NCBI GenBank assembly: GCA_051313645.2
Contig: JBNRSN020000005.1
Span: 169,322,001 to 169,386,000, forward strand
From: Centroscyllium fabricii
Lineage: Eukaryota
Direction: 5' to 3'
Length of the DNA: 64,000 nucleotides
How positions within the stretch are numbered: position 1 is the stretch's first letter; the number at the start of each line of letters is the position of its first letter. Shown one piece after another: positions 12,284-24,703 of this stretch. The notes under the pieces were generated by a model that did no database searches, was not told the DNA's origin, and saw only the letters and a program-made list of their open reading frames with translations. Both the position numbers and the translations under genes were made by a program.

Positions 12284-13588
12284 GGTTGTCTTATCTCCTG
12301 CCCCCTGCTGAAACGACCTAATTCTGATGTAAGCCTCCGCTCTTCTGTAATTAGAAGCAACCTTGGTTCTTTCCCACGCAGTGAAAATAAAGAAAAATAT
12401 TCAATTTGTTACATTCAGCAAACTTTATATAATTTCTTGGGTAATGGTACGTATTATAGGTTTGCTAGTTTGGGAATTTAAGGCTTCTGGTTCAGTCCCT
12501 GGGGAGGTTTTGTCCAGATTCGTCGATTGTGTATTAACTTTTTAGACCAAATTATAACAGTCTTCGTGATTGTGGTCTGTTTGTGGCTATCTGTTTTTGT
12601 GTTTTTGTTGCTGCCTGGCTTCAAAATTAGTATCAACTGCTGAGAAGCCCTCCCAGCAAAAGTCAGTCACAATGCATCTTTGTGCCTTCCAATGTCACCA
12701 GTTTTTTTTTTCCACAGGCAAACCTTGTTCTAGACTCTGGAAGTAGGTTAGGTTTGATATAACTGGTGCAGTTGAAAGTCCTGCCCACCAGAATGTATAG
12801 ACTCTCTTTGTCTATCCAGCTTGACAAAGGACTCTTCGAACTCCAGGTTGAAGAATGGAGTGTGGAAGTAAAGATTTGCAAGCCCACTTCCTTAAGGCAC
12901 CCCAGATGAACCATATTCTGTATTCTCAAACTTAGCAGAAAAGATGCTAGGAGGAGTGGGGTGGGGTGGGGGGGGGAAGGAAAAGAGAATGCCGTATGTC
13001 CCATTTGGCCTCTGTTGTTGGATATGTATTAGCTCAACCTTCAGGTTAAGGCACTGGGTCAGCATGAGCAAATGTTGATATTGGCAATGACTGGTAAGTC
13101 CTGTCCCCGATTGACACTCCAGTGAATTACCTCAAGTCACCTCACTTGATTTGACCGAGCAATGGCCAGGTGCAGTTCTAAATTGATTCCAGCATACCAA
13201 CACAATCACTCCTCCAGAGAGCAAAAATAAAATGTTAATCAAGGAGTTTGTTGTTCCCTTTCTCTCATCCCTTCAAAAAAGGCAAAAGCCTTGTTATACA
13301 ATGTATTTATTAATTGAAAGGTGTTCCAAGATATCACTAGCTTAAGGAAATGACAAATCTGCATGGTGTCAATCCAAGCAGGTCTGTCCCATAGAGCCTT
13401 ATTTCCCCAAACTACATTCATTTTCCCAATTACATAACAAGAAATAGGAGCAGGCCCTTCGACCCCACTCTGCCCCTACTCTGCCATTCAATGAGATCAT
13501 GGCTGATCTTCTGCCTCAACTCTCTTCACCGGCCCTATCGCCATGTCCCTTGATGCCCTTGCTAGTCAGAAATCTATTGACTTCTGTT

Positions 13589-13976
13589 CGGGCGGCACAG
13601 TGGTTAGCACTGTTGTCTCACAGCACTGGAGACCCGGGTTCAAATCCAGCCTCAGGTACTATCTGTGTGGAGTTTGCACATTCTCCCCGTGTCTGCGTGG
13701 GTTTCCTCTGGGTGCTCCGGTTTCCTCCCACAGTCCAAAGATGTGCAGGTTAGGTTGATTGGCCAGGATAAATTGACCCTTAGTGTTAGGGGGATTAAAT
13801 ATGTGGGGTTACGGGGATAGGGTGGGATATGTGCAAGTGCAGGCTCGATAGGGATCGAGGGATATGGGGAGAGGGCAGGGACAGGGTGCTGGGTTTGGAT
13901 GATCAGCCATGATCTCATTGAATGGCGGAGCAGGCTCGAAGGGCCGAATGGCCTACTCCTGCTCCTAGTTTCTATG
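13589..13976 (+). mobile_element. Full-length HE1-like SINE lying within CR1 3'-end sequence (13432..14655, minus)
   Basis: GGGCGGCACAGTGG head, GGTTCAAATCC, same core and tail as 3193..3574. Confidence 0.87.
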
Positions 13977-15189
13977 TAACACAAACACAAGATAGGAGCA
14001 GGAGTAGGCCATTTGGCCCTTCGAGCCTGCTCTGCCATTTTTGATGCGATCATGGCTGATCATCCAAACCCAGCACCCCCTTCCTATCCTCTCCCCATAT
14101 CCCCTGACACCCCCAACTCTAAGAACTATATCTCGCACACATACTCATGGGCAATTTTTTTTTTTTTTTTTTTTTAGTATCTCCAATTCACTTAACCTGC
14201 ATGTCTTTGGGTGAATTGAATATACCCAATGACTGAGCCTCCACAGCCCTCTGCGATAATGAATTCCAAAGATTCACCACCCTCTGAAGAAATTTCTTCT
14301 CCACTCAGTCCTGAATGGCCTACCCTTTATCCTGATGCTGTGGCCCCTGGTTCTAGACTCCCCAGCCAATGGAAACATTCTCCCAGCATCTACCCTGTAA
14401 TAATTTTTGTATGCTTCAATGAGATCCCCTCTCATTCATCTGAATTCAAGAGAAGCAGGCCTAGTTTACTCAATCTCTTCTCATACGACAGTCCCGCCAT
14501 CCCAGGAATCAATCTCGTGAACCTTCATTGCACTTCCTCTATGGCAAGTATATCCTTCCTTAGGTAAGGAGACCAAAATTGTACACAGTACTGCAGGTGT
14601 GGTCTCATCAAGGCCCTGTATACTCTTGTTTACTCCTGTACTCAAATCCAATTACACTCATTCCCTTCTTTCCCCTTTCAGACACAAATGAAAATTCACA
14701 TATTGGTTCACAGGTGGGCAGCTTCTACCAAGTTGCCTATGGCAAGTGGATATTTTTGTCAAAAGATGAACTTTCCTCAGAACAGAGAAAATGAGGGGAG
14801 CCCTATTCCAGGAAGGTTTTAGGCCCTGTATTGGCAGCACAAATCTTGATGAGCATAAACCCAGACCCAGTTGGCAGCAAGCAAAGATGCTGGGTGCAAT
14901 AGATATATCTACCAATTAGCTTTTCTGGGTTCAGCCACTGAAAGCTCCCACTTTTTCTACCTTTATTTTTTTCTGACATGGGAGTTGTGTTCCTGTTTTG
15001 CTGTCTTGGTTCTAGTTGCCATTTTTGTCTTGTAATGTTTAAATGGTTTTCTAACTCTTGGTGTTTCCTTCATTAATTGACTGAAGGAGGCCTACCCCTG
15101 AATAAAGCTGTTAAACAACAGAGTGTGAGAGCATCACATGAACACCCAGACCATAAATTTCTTGCTGCAGCAAAGAAGGAGTTAAGAGA

Positions 15190-15620
15190 GTGAGCAAAAG
15201 CTTGGCTAGAGGTGAATTTTCAAGAGGAGGTACTAAAGAGATACAAAGAAGGAATTCCAAAGAGTGGAATCTAGACAGCTGAAGGCACGGCCGCTAATGG
15301 TGAGAGGAGGAGTTGGAGGAACAGAGTCTGAGTGGGGGTTGGAGGAGGTTACTAAGATAGGATGTCTTGAGGGTATGGAGTAATTTAAGCACCAATGAGA
15401 ATTTTAAATTTGAAACATTGCAAGACTGGGAGCCAATGTAAGTCAGCAAGGACAGGTGTAATGGGTGAGCAGAATGTGGTGCGGGATAAAATACAGTTGG
15501 CAGATTTTAAAATACACTGTTGTGTAGGAAAGGAGGCTAGCAAAGAAAGCACTGGTGTAATCGAGTCTAGACGTGACGAAGCATGAATAATGCAGCACAG
15601 ACTTTGAGCCATATTGGTAT
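15190..15620 (-). mobile_element. L2-like LINE fragment
   Basis: PITPVLADLHWLPV..FKIL motif in ORF 15385..15612; similar pieces at ~25.4-27.4, 33.7-33.9 and 62.3 kb. Confidence 0.7.
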
Positions 15621-15942
15621 GAGGGATTAAAGGGATTCAAACAGTTGCAGTAGAAATGAACACCAAATTAGAAGGCAATAACACATTCAAGGACCTTGGA
15701 GAAAAGAGTGATTGCGTGGTACTCAGCAAGGACAGAGGGAATGAGGGTTTAAAAAAAAAAAAGGAAAATTGGGGTCGAGAGTATTGAGGAAGGTACTTCC
15801 CCTCCCCGCCCCCTACTTTCACTCTTTTCCCACCCCCCAGATTTATTTTTTGAAGAATTTTTCAATATTTTATCCAGCAAGAACAAGTTAGATCACTTGA
15901 ATTTTTAAATATTGTGTAAACTCCTAACACTTGTTTTTACAG

Positions 15943-16099
15943 GAAGAGTTGGGTGTTGCAGTAGTACAAGGTGATGCACTTCCAGGTCTTGTCGGAACAG
16001 CCTGTCTTCTGTCTTCAACAATTGTAGAAAAATCCAGTGGCATTATCACACTTCCCATCATGAGCAGAAATTCTAGACAAACTATCGGAAAAGTGAAAG
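15943..16099 (+). CDS. GPCPD1: GPCPD1 exon (EELGVAVVQGDALPGLVGTACLLSST...SRQTIGKVK)
   Basis: ttttacag|GAA...AAAG|gtatta; 157 nt. Confidence 0.95.
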
Positions 16100-16671
16100 G
16101 TATTAAAATTCAAACGAAAAATATATAGTGTGTAATTATACAATGATGGAATGCAAGAGTTATACAAATATGCATACACCATTGGACGCTAGTGAACTAG
16201 TCAAGATAGCACATGGTGGTACCTGCCCCAAATTAGGTAAGGGTTTTCTACCATATATTCATGTTTTACTCATTTGCTTTAGAAAATAGGCCAATAGCTA
16301 GCAAAGGTAAATATTGTGCATTTGCTGTACAGATTGAATACCTAGTCAGCTATGTTACACAATGGAAATTATTTTAGGGGACAAAATAGCTAGGTTATTA
16401 GCAATATAATTGAGGAAATTATCTCAGTTCAGTAGCCTGTGAGCTGGATTGTAAAGGCTACAACGATAATGTGCTTGTGCAGTAATTTTTTAATCTTGAT
16501 CTACCTTAGTTTTCTTTGTCAATGTTATCTTCCATCCTCTTTCAACTATATTGACTGTTTGCTGAGGGCAGTTTCATGGGTCCTGGCCATTAATCATAAC
16601 TGTAATAGGTGATTTTACATAACAGAAAATTTCAATCTGAAATCCATCTTGCTTTATGCTTCCAGCAGGAG

Positions 16672-17895
16672 GAAACATAGAAGATAGGAGCAGGAGTAGG
16701 CCATTCGGCCCTTCGAGCCTGCTCCGCCATTCAAAGAGATCATGGCTGATCTTTCAAGTTCAGTACCCCGTCCCCGCCCTTTCTCCGTAACCCCTAATCC
16801 CCTTAGCCCAAAGAAATATATCCAATTTCCTCTTAAATATATTTAATGAACTGGCCTCCACTGCCCTCTGTGGCAAGGAATTCTCTGGGTGAAGAAATTC
16901 TTCCTCATATCTGTCCTAAATGGTTTACCCCTTATCCTTAGATTGTGGCCCCTGGTTCTGGACTCCCCCGCCATTGGAAACATTCTTTCTGAATCTAACC
17001 TGTCCAGGCCTGTCAGAATTGTATATGTTTCGATGAGATCCCCTCTCAATCTTCTAAACTCCAGCGAGTACAAGCCCAAACTACACAATCTCTCCTCGTA
17101 GGTCATTCCTGCCATTCCAGGTATCACCCTGGTGAATCGCCGCTGCACTCCTTCCATGGCAAGAACATCCTTCCTCAGATGAGGCGACCAAAACTGTACA
17201 CAATACTCGAGGTGTGGTCTCACCAGTGCCTTGTACAGCTGTAGTAAGGTATCCTTATTCCTATACTCGAACCCTCTTGATATGAAGGCCAACATACCAT
17301 TTGCCTTCTTTACCGCCTGTTGCACCTGCATGCTCGCCCTCAGTGACTGGTGCACAAGAACACCCAGGTCTCTCTGCACTTCCCCATCTCCCAATCTATT
17401 GCCATTTAAATAATAATCTGCCCTCCTGTTTTTGCCCCCTAAGTGGATAACCTCACATTTATCCACATTATAGTGCATCTGCCATGTATCTGCCCATTCC
17501 CCCAACTTGTCCAAATCGCACTGGAGCTTCCTGACATCCTCTTCAGAGCCCACCCCCCTCCTAGTTTAGTGTCATCTGCAAATTTGGAGATGTTGCATCC
17601 AATTCCCTGGTCCAGATCATTAATATATATTGTGAACAGCTGGGGTCCCAGGACAGATCCCTGCGGCACCCCACTAGTCACCGCCTGCCACTCAGAACGA
17701 GCCGTTTATTCCAACTCTCTGTTTTCTATCTGCCAGCCAGTTCTCTATCCACGTCAATACTTTGCCCCCAATCCCATGAGCCTTAATTTTGCATGCTAAT
17801 CTTTTATGTGGGACCTTATCGAAGGCTTTCTGGAAGTCAAGGTACACCACATCTACTGGCTCGCCCCCATCTATCTTGCCAGTTACTTCCTCAAA
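16672..17895 (-). mobile_element. 5'-truncated CR1 (HER1-like) LINE
   Basis: ORFs 17439..17681 ([16 protein letters not shown]) and 16843..17553. Confidence 0.93.
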
Positions 17896-17983
17896 GAGTA
17901 GTTGGGTAATGTCAAGAACTGGGATTCTGACTGATCTTTGCTCTCAGTTAGATGGCCATAGGGGACCACAATTGGATTTTGAG

Positions 17984-18218
17984 AAATGCAAGAAGTCACA
18001 CAACACCAGGTTATAGTCCAACAGTTTTCTTTTAAATCACAAGCTTTCGGAGCTTCTGCCCCTTTGTCAGGTGAAAGAGAAGCTGACTTAAAGAACACAC
18101 ATATGGTGCAACGCTCTGAAAGCTTGTGATTTCAAATAAAACTGTTGGACTATAACCTGGTGTTGTGTGACTTCTTACATTTGTCCACCCCAGTCCAACA
18201 CCGGCACCTCCACATCAC
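17984..18218. mobile_element. Penelope-like inverted terminal-repeat pair with degenerate hammerhead cores
   Basis: Arms 17984-18055 and 18110-18182 are reverse complements. Confidence 0.75.
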
Positions 18219-19154
18219 ATCTAACTGAGATCAGTTAATTCAGGGCAGACTGAATGTCAAAGCTGGCACCTTCCTCCTGAGCTATTGGGTGCACTCACTA
18301 CTATAATGCAACCTATGCTATCTGCTTATTATTTATGTAATTTGTCTATTTTTGCCCAATTTAAAGTCGGTGGTATGATTTGACATTTGGTTTTACAAAA
18401 TATTGCCTAACATAAAATCATGTAGCATGATAATTTGTTAGTGGTCAAAGGTTTCACTTGAAAGATAATTAACAAATATGAGTTGCATCACTATATTGAG
18501 TGTTAAGATAATTTAAATATTGTAACAATAGACTGAGGCTATAGTTCTAGTTTACCAGAAATTAGGGTTCTAGACACCGGAGACAAATACTTGCAAGTTT
18601 ATCGAGGGTTACACGAGCATACACTCAGACAAACCTCAGTACACGGTGACGTTTTTCTGTAGAAGATTGCAAATTACAGTCACTGAGCTCAACTTTATAG
18701 ATCTCTTCCGTCTGTTTCATCTTGTAACTTTCTTAAAATCTTGCTTTTTAAGCTCGGTTGAAAGGCCATTACATCACCTTCTCCACGATCTTCATTGCTG
18801 GTTTTATGTTGGTTATTATTAGCTCAACATATCAGACTCAGTTTCTTGATCGGGAGGTAAACGGCTCCACAGCACAGTCTAAGGACATAACATAAACTAC
18901 CTTATCTATTTACATGTACAGAAAAAGATAGATGTATTCATGAGAAGATTAGAACCACCCAAGGCTAATATGACTGTTAAAGCCTTGCAGATGTGTTGAC
19001 ATTCTACAGATATCACTTGTTTCAGCAAACTTTACCCACAAAATGGAGTCTTTACTTGTCATAGAATCAGCGTACAACTTCATCTAGCTTCTTTAACTAT
19101 GACTTGGAATATAAATTAATAACCACTTCTATCTTTATTTATCTGCATATATAG

Positions 19155-19284
19155 TTGATTACATCGTTATTAAGCCCGTGGAAGGCAATATTTGTGACAT
19201 GTCTCCTTCGTTGTCCAAGTATTGGAAACCAAGAATGGCTTTAGATGTTGGGCACAGAGGTGCTGGAAATTCAACATCTGCAAA
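19155..19284 (+). CDS. GPCPD1: GPCPD1 exon with the GDPD catalytic HRG motif (VDYIVIKP...KYWKPRMALDVGHRGAGNSTSA)
   Basis: atatag|TT...CAAA|gtaagt; 130 nt. Confidence 0.95.
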
Positions 19285-19379
19285 GTAAGTGTTAAATTAG
19301 TTGAAATCCTTTCCAAATTTTGGCGAACAAGGTAAAGCAGTAGTGAGGTGTGTGTAACACCTTTTGTACCCTGTGTTAC

Positions 19380-19778
19380 ATAGAAACATAGAAGATAGGA
19401 GCAGGAGTAGGCCATTCGGCCCTTCGAGCCTGCTCCGCCATTCAATGAGATCATGGCTGATCATCCAAACCCAGTACCCTGTCCCTGCCTTGTCCCCATA
19501 TCCCTCGATCCCTATCGAGCCTGCACCAACGCACATCCCACCCTATCCCCGCAACCCCACATATTCAATCCCCCTAACACTATCGGTCAATTTATCATGG
19601 CCAATCAACCTATCCCGCACATCTTTGGACTGTGGGAGGAAACCGGAGCACCTGGAGGAAACCCACGCAGACACGGGGAGAATGTGCAAACTCCACACAG
19701 ATAGTACCCGAGGCTGGATTTGAACCCGGGTCTCTAGTGCTGTGAGGCAACAGTGCTAACCACTATGCCACCGTGCTG
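19380..19778 (-). mobile_element. HE1-like SINE, near full length
   Basis: Near-identical to 3193..3574. Confidence 0.88.
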
Positions 19779-19884
19779 CTGTGTTCATGCCAGGTAAAGT
19801 GTAGCAGAGAATTCTTCAAATGTGCCCCAAAACTGCACCTAAATACCAAACCACAAGAGCATGTGGTGCTGCCGTTGCACCATT

Positions 19885-21440
19885 TCCTCCGAGATGTCGG
19901 GAAACATAGGGACTAATGAGAGGGAGGAACTGATAGAAATCAGTATTTGTAGGGATATGGTGTTGGGGAAGTTGAAGGGATTGAAGGCCGACAAATCCCC
20001 AGGGTCTGATAATCTACATCCTAGGGTACTTAAGGAAGTGGCCCTGGAGATAGCAGATGCATTGCTGATCATCTTCCAGAACTCGATAGACTCTGGAACA
20101 GTACCCATGGATTGGAGGGTAGCTAATGTTACCCCACTATTCAAAAAGGGGTGTAGAGAAAAAGCAGGGAATTATAGACATCGGTAGTGGGGAAAATGCT
20201 AGAGTCCATTATTAAAGATGTAATAGCAGTACACTTGGAAAAACAGTGACTGGATCGGACAGAGTCAACATGGATTTACAAAAGGTAAATCGTGCTTGAC
20301 TAATCTACTGGAATTTTTTGAGGATGTAACTGGTAAAATAGATAGGGGAGAACCAGTAGATGTGGTGTATTTGGACTTTCAGAAAGCTTTCGATAAGGTC
20401 CTTCGAGATTAGCGTGCAAAATTAAGGCTCATGGGATTAGGGGCAAGGTATTGACTTGGATAGAGAACTGGTTGGCAGACAGGAAGCGAAGAGTTGTAAT
20501 AAACGTCTTTTTCTGAGTGGCAGTCAGTGACTAGTGGGGTACCGCAAGGATCGGTCTTGGGACCCCAGCTGTTCACAATATATATTCATGATCGGACGAG
20601 GGAATTGGATGTAATATCTCCAAATTTGCAGATGAGACAAAGCTGGGTGGCAGGGTATGCTGTGAGGAGGATGTCGAGAATCTCCAATGTGATTTGGACA
20701 GGTTGGGGGATTGGGCAGATACATGGCAAATGCACTATAATGTGGATAAATGTGCGGTTATCCACTTTGGTGGCAAAAACAGGAGGGCAGATTATTATTT
20801 CAATGGCAATAGATTGGGAGATGGGGAAGTGGTTCGAATATAAGAACAAGGATGGCTTGCTGCAGCTCTACAGGACCTTGGTGAGATCACACCTCAAGTA
20901 TTGTGTGCAGTTTTGGTCGCCTCATCTGAGGAAGGATGTTCTTGCCATCGAAGGAGTGCAGCGATGATTCACCAGGCTGATAATGGGGATGGCAGGAATG
21001 ACGTATGAAGAGAGATTGAGTTGATTGGGCTTATACTCACTGGCATTCAAACGATTGAGAGGGGATCTCATCGAAACTTATAAAATTATTTCAGGCCTGG
21101 ACAGACTGGATGCAGGAAGGATGCTTCCGATGAAAGGGGAGTCCAGAACCAGAGGTCACGGTCTAAGATAAGGGAAAAGCCATTTAGGACTGAGATGAGG
21201 GGGGATTTCTTCACCCAGAGTGGTGAACCTGTGAAATTCTCTGTCACAGAGAGCGGTGGAGGCCAGTTCATTAAATATATTCAAGAAGGAGTTGGATATA
21301 TTTCTTCAGGCTGAAGGGATATGGGGAGAAGGCAGGGACAGAGTACTGAATCTGAAAGATCAGTCATGATCTAATTGAATGGCGGAGCAGGCTCGAAGGG
21401 CCGAATGGCCTACTCCTGCTCCTATCTTCTATGTTTCTAT
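19885..21440 (+). mobile_element. 5'-truncated CR1 (HER1-like) LINE, sense orientation
   Basis: [39 protein letters not shown]; tail ttctatgtttctat. Confidence 0.92.
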
Positions 21441-21731
21441 TTCCATTTCTCACCTTTAATTGTATTCTTAAACCAATATTTAGCTAGTTTTATTTTCTTG
21501 GAGGGTAATCAGCCTAGCGTGAACTGTTTGCCAGGATATGCCACATTCACTACTCTTAGTAATGCATCAACACAAAATTTAAAGGATCACTAATGTTAAA
21601 ACTAAGGCTAGAAATTGTCGTTTCAGTCTATCAGAATAAATATACGGTTGGGACAAGTTTAAAACCTAAGGTTTGATTTTGTTGAAATAGTTATGGACAG
21701 TATTGGTAGGTTCAGGTTGCTCCAGACTGTA

Positions 21732-22717
21732 ATAGAAACATAGAAGATAAGAGCAGGAGTAGGCCATTCGGCCCCTTGAGCCTGCTCCGCCATTCAATGT
21801 GATCATGGCTGATCAGCCAATTCAGTTCCCTGTCCCTGCTTTCTCCCCATATCCTTTGATCACTTTAGCCTTAAGAAATATATCCAACTCCTTCTTGAAT
21901 ATATTTAATGAATTGGCCTCTACTGCCTTCTGTGGTAGAGAATTCCACAGGTTCACCACACTCTGGGTGAAGAAATTCCTCCACATCTCTGTCCTAAATG
22001 GCTTACCCCTTATCCTTAGACTGTGACCCCTGGTTCTGGACTCTCCCACCATCGGGAACATCCTCCTGCATCTAGTCTGTCTAGTCCTGTTAGAATTTTT
22101 TCAGTTTCAATGAGATCCTCTCTCATTCTTCTAAACTCCAGCGAGTACAAGCCCAATCGACACAATCTCTCTTCATACGTCATTCCTGCCATCCCAGGTA
22201 TCGGCCTGGTGAATCTTCGCTGTACTCCTTCCATGGCAAGAACATCCTTCCTTAGGTAAGGCGACCAAAACTGTACACAATATTCAAGATGTGGTCTCAC
22301 CAAGACCCTTTACAACTGCAGCAAGACATCCTTGTTCCTGTACTCTAACCCTCTCGCTATGAAGGCCAACATACCATTTGCCGCCTTAACCGCCTGCTGC
22401 ACCTGCATGCTTACCTTCAGCGACTGGTGCACAAGGACACCCAGGTCTCGTTGCACTTCCCCTTCTCCCAACCTATTGCACTTCCCCTTCTCCCAACCTA
22501 TTGCCACTCAGATAATCTGCTGCCTTGTTTTTGACACCAAAGTGAATAACCTCACATTTATCCACGTTATATTGCATCTGCCATGCTTTTGCCCAATCAC
22601 CCAACCGGTCTAAATCATACTGGAGTTTCTTGGCATCCTCCTCACAGCACACACACCCACCCAGCTTTGTGTCGTCTGGAAACTGGAGATATTACACCCA
22701 GTTCCCTCGCCCACATC

Positions 22718-22754
<37 letters not shown>

Positions 22755-22945
22755 GAATAGCTGGGGTCCCAGGACCGATCCCTGCCACTCGGAAAAAGAC
22801 CCGTTTATTCCAACTCTTTCTTTCTGTCTGCCAACCAGTTCTCTATCCAAGTCAATACCTTGCCCCCAATCCCATGTGCCTTAACTTTACACGCTAATCT
22901 CTTATGCGGGACCTTATCGAAAGCCTTTTGAAAGTCAAGTACATC
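21732..22945 (-). mobile_element. 5'-truncated CR1 (HER1-like) LINE with an internal (TA)n at 22721-22751 and a 25-bp duplication at ~22451-22503
   Basis: [29 protein letters not shown]. Confidence 0.92.
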
Positions 22946-24648
22946 TACATTATTAAAAATCTTGCATCTAAACATACTTCATGTGCAGAACTTGACTTCC
23001 CATTGTCTAGTTTTTGTCACTCCTTTTCCTATTATATATTCCTATGCCACATTTATTATGGGGATTTTTCTATGTAAACCTAATATGCTTTAATAACACA
23101 ATCTGGTTGCTCGGTGGTTTTGTGCAGTCTTTCAACATTTTCACAGCTCCTTTCTGGAAATTTTCAGTCTGTGCGGCATTTTTTTTCTTTGGATACGTAC
23201 AGTTTACTTTCAAATTGGGAATCATTTTTTAATTATAATGTAAATATTTGAAAAATCTTTTAACCTCTTCTGTCCCTCATTTTACATTTCAATAAACATT
23301 TAAGTAAGCATCTAGTGCCAGCTGGCACTGTAGTGGCAATTTTTATGTTACAAATATTATAGTATTACGAAGTATTTACAGCACAGAAACCGGCCATTGG
23401 GCCCAGCTGGTGCATGCCAGTCTTTATGCTTTGCATGAGCCTCCTCCTGCCCTCATCCGACCCCATTAACAAATCCTTCTATACCCTTCTCCCTCAAGTG
23501 CTCATTTAAATTACCCTTAAATGCATCTATGCCTCAACTATAAGATAATTGTAAGGTCACATAAAACATTTGTGCTCATATGCCACTGCTTCTCTGGGTT
23601 CTGGCAACTTCATGTCTCCTGCCCCTAAAACTGTGGCCCTGACATGGTTGTTACTGTGCTTCCTTCCCTCCTGACTGCCACGCTGGCTCTTGATGTAAGT
23701 GGTAGGACTGCCATCCCCCAGCAGTGCTGCTTGAGATACATCTCTGCCTAGATAGGTGGAGCTATGAGAGTAGAGACTTGTTTATATTGTGGGTGGGGGA
23801 GAGAATCTGGACAGGATTCCTTTTTTGTATTTTTTAAATTTTGGTTAGGGGTACCTCTTTTTCTCCTCTCATTCTTCAGGCTCAATCGGGATCGAGGGAT
23901 ATGGGGACAAGGCAGGGACAGGGTGCTGGGTTTGGATGATCAGCCATGATCTCATTGAATGGCGGAGCAGGCTCGAAGGGCCGAATGGCCGACTCCTGCT
24001 CCTATCTTCTATGTTTCACCTCCCTCCCCTTTTTCCTTTTTCTTCTCTGCCTCCCTTCATCCAACGCCACCAGTGGTGGATCTGTGTAATTACATGGTGT
24101 TTGCATAGGTATATTTCACGTAAATTTGGACTTACAAAGGAAATATAAAAATGAAGACCGATATGGATTGATCCAATTATTCCCCGTCCTGTAACCAGCT
24201 TCACCTAAAGGCTGCACTTGGTCTTGACTCGCTGAGTGTAATGTCACAGGAGGTTGACTTGTCCTTTTGAACTTCCTTTTGCTGGGTGGTCTGACATGGC
24301 AAATACAATGAATGTGCCTGGTCAAAATTTCCTATAGTTATTTTAGTAAAAAGCAGAAGCAATCATGCAAGGATTTAAAAAAAAATCTATTTACCCTCCC
24401 TAAACAATCTGTGTTCTTCATACTCTATATTGTGTTTGACCTCTCAGCAGTAGATAGAAAACTGAATTTTTGGGGATATTTTTAGAGTTTATTTTTGTTT
24501 CCATTTTAATACAAAGTGCTATTGCTTATTAATGTTGGGTAATTTAATATTATTCCACTGTTGATTTATGAAATTAAGAAGCTGTACATATAGAAACAAT
24601 ATATTACACTTTAATAGTGCTGATTTTCTCAAACAAATTGTGTTTTAG

Positions 24649-24703
24649 CCTCGCAAAAGTCCGAGAAAACACAATAGCTTCCTTTAAAAATGCTGCTAGT
24701 CAC
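24649..24703 (+). CDS. GPCPD1: GPCPD1 exon (LAKVRENTIASFKNAASH)
   Basis: gttttag|C...CAC|gtaagt; 55 nt; ENT motif. Confidence 0.94.

Noticed and set aside
13589-13665. tRNA gene
   Set aside because: The A/B boxes belong to the SINE head and run straight into the SINE core; the same holds for the other copies.
16843-17553. 236-aa RT-related ORF as an active or domesticated gene
   Set aside because: It is part of a 5'-truncated, frameshifted CR1 copy; no intact ORF2 exists in the window.
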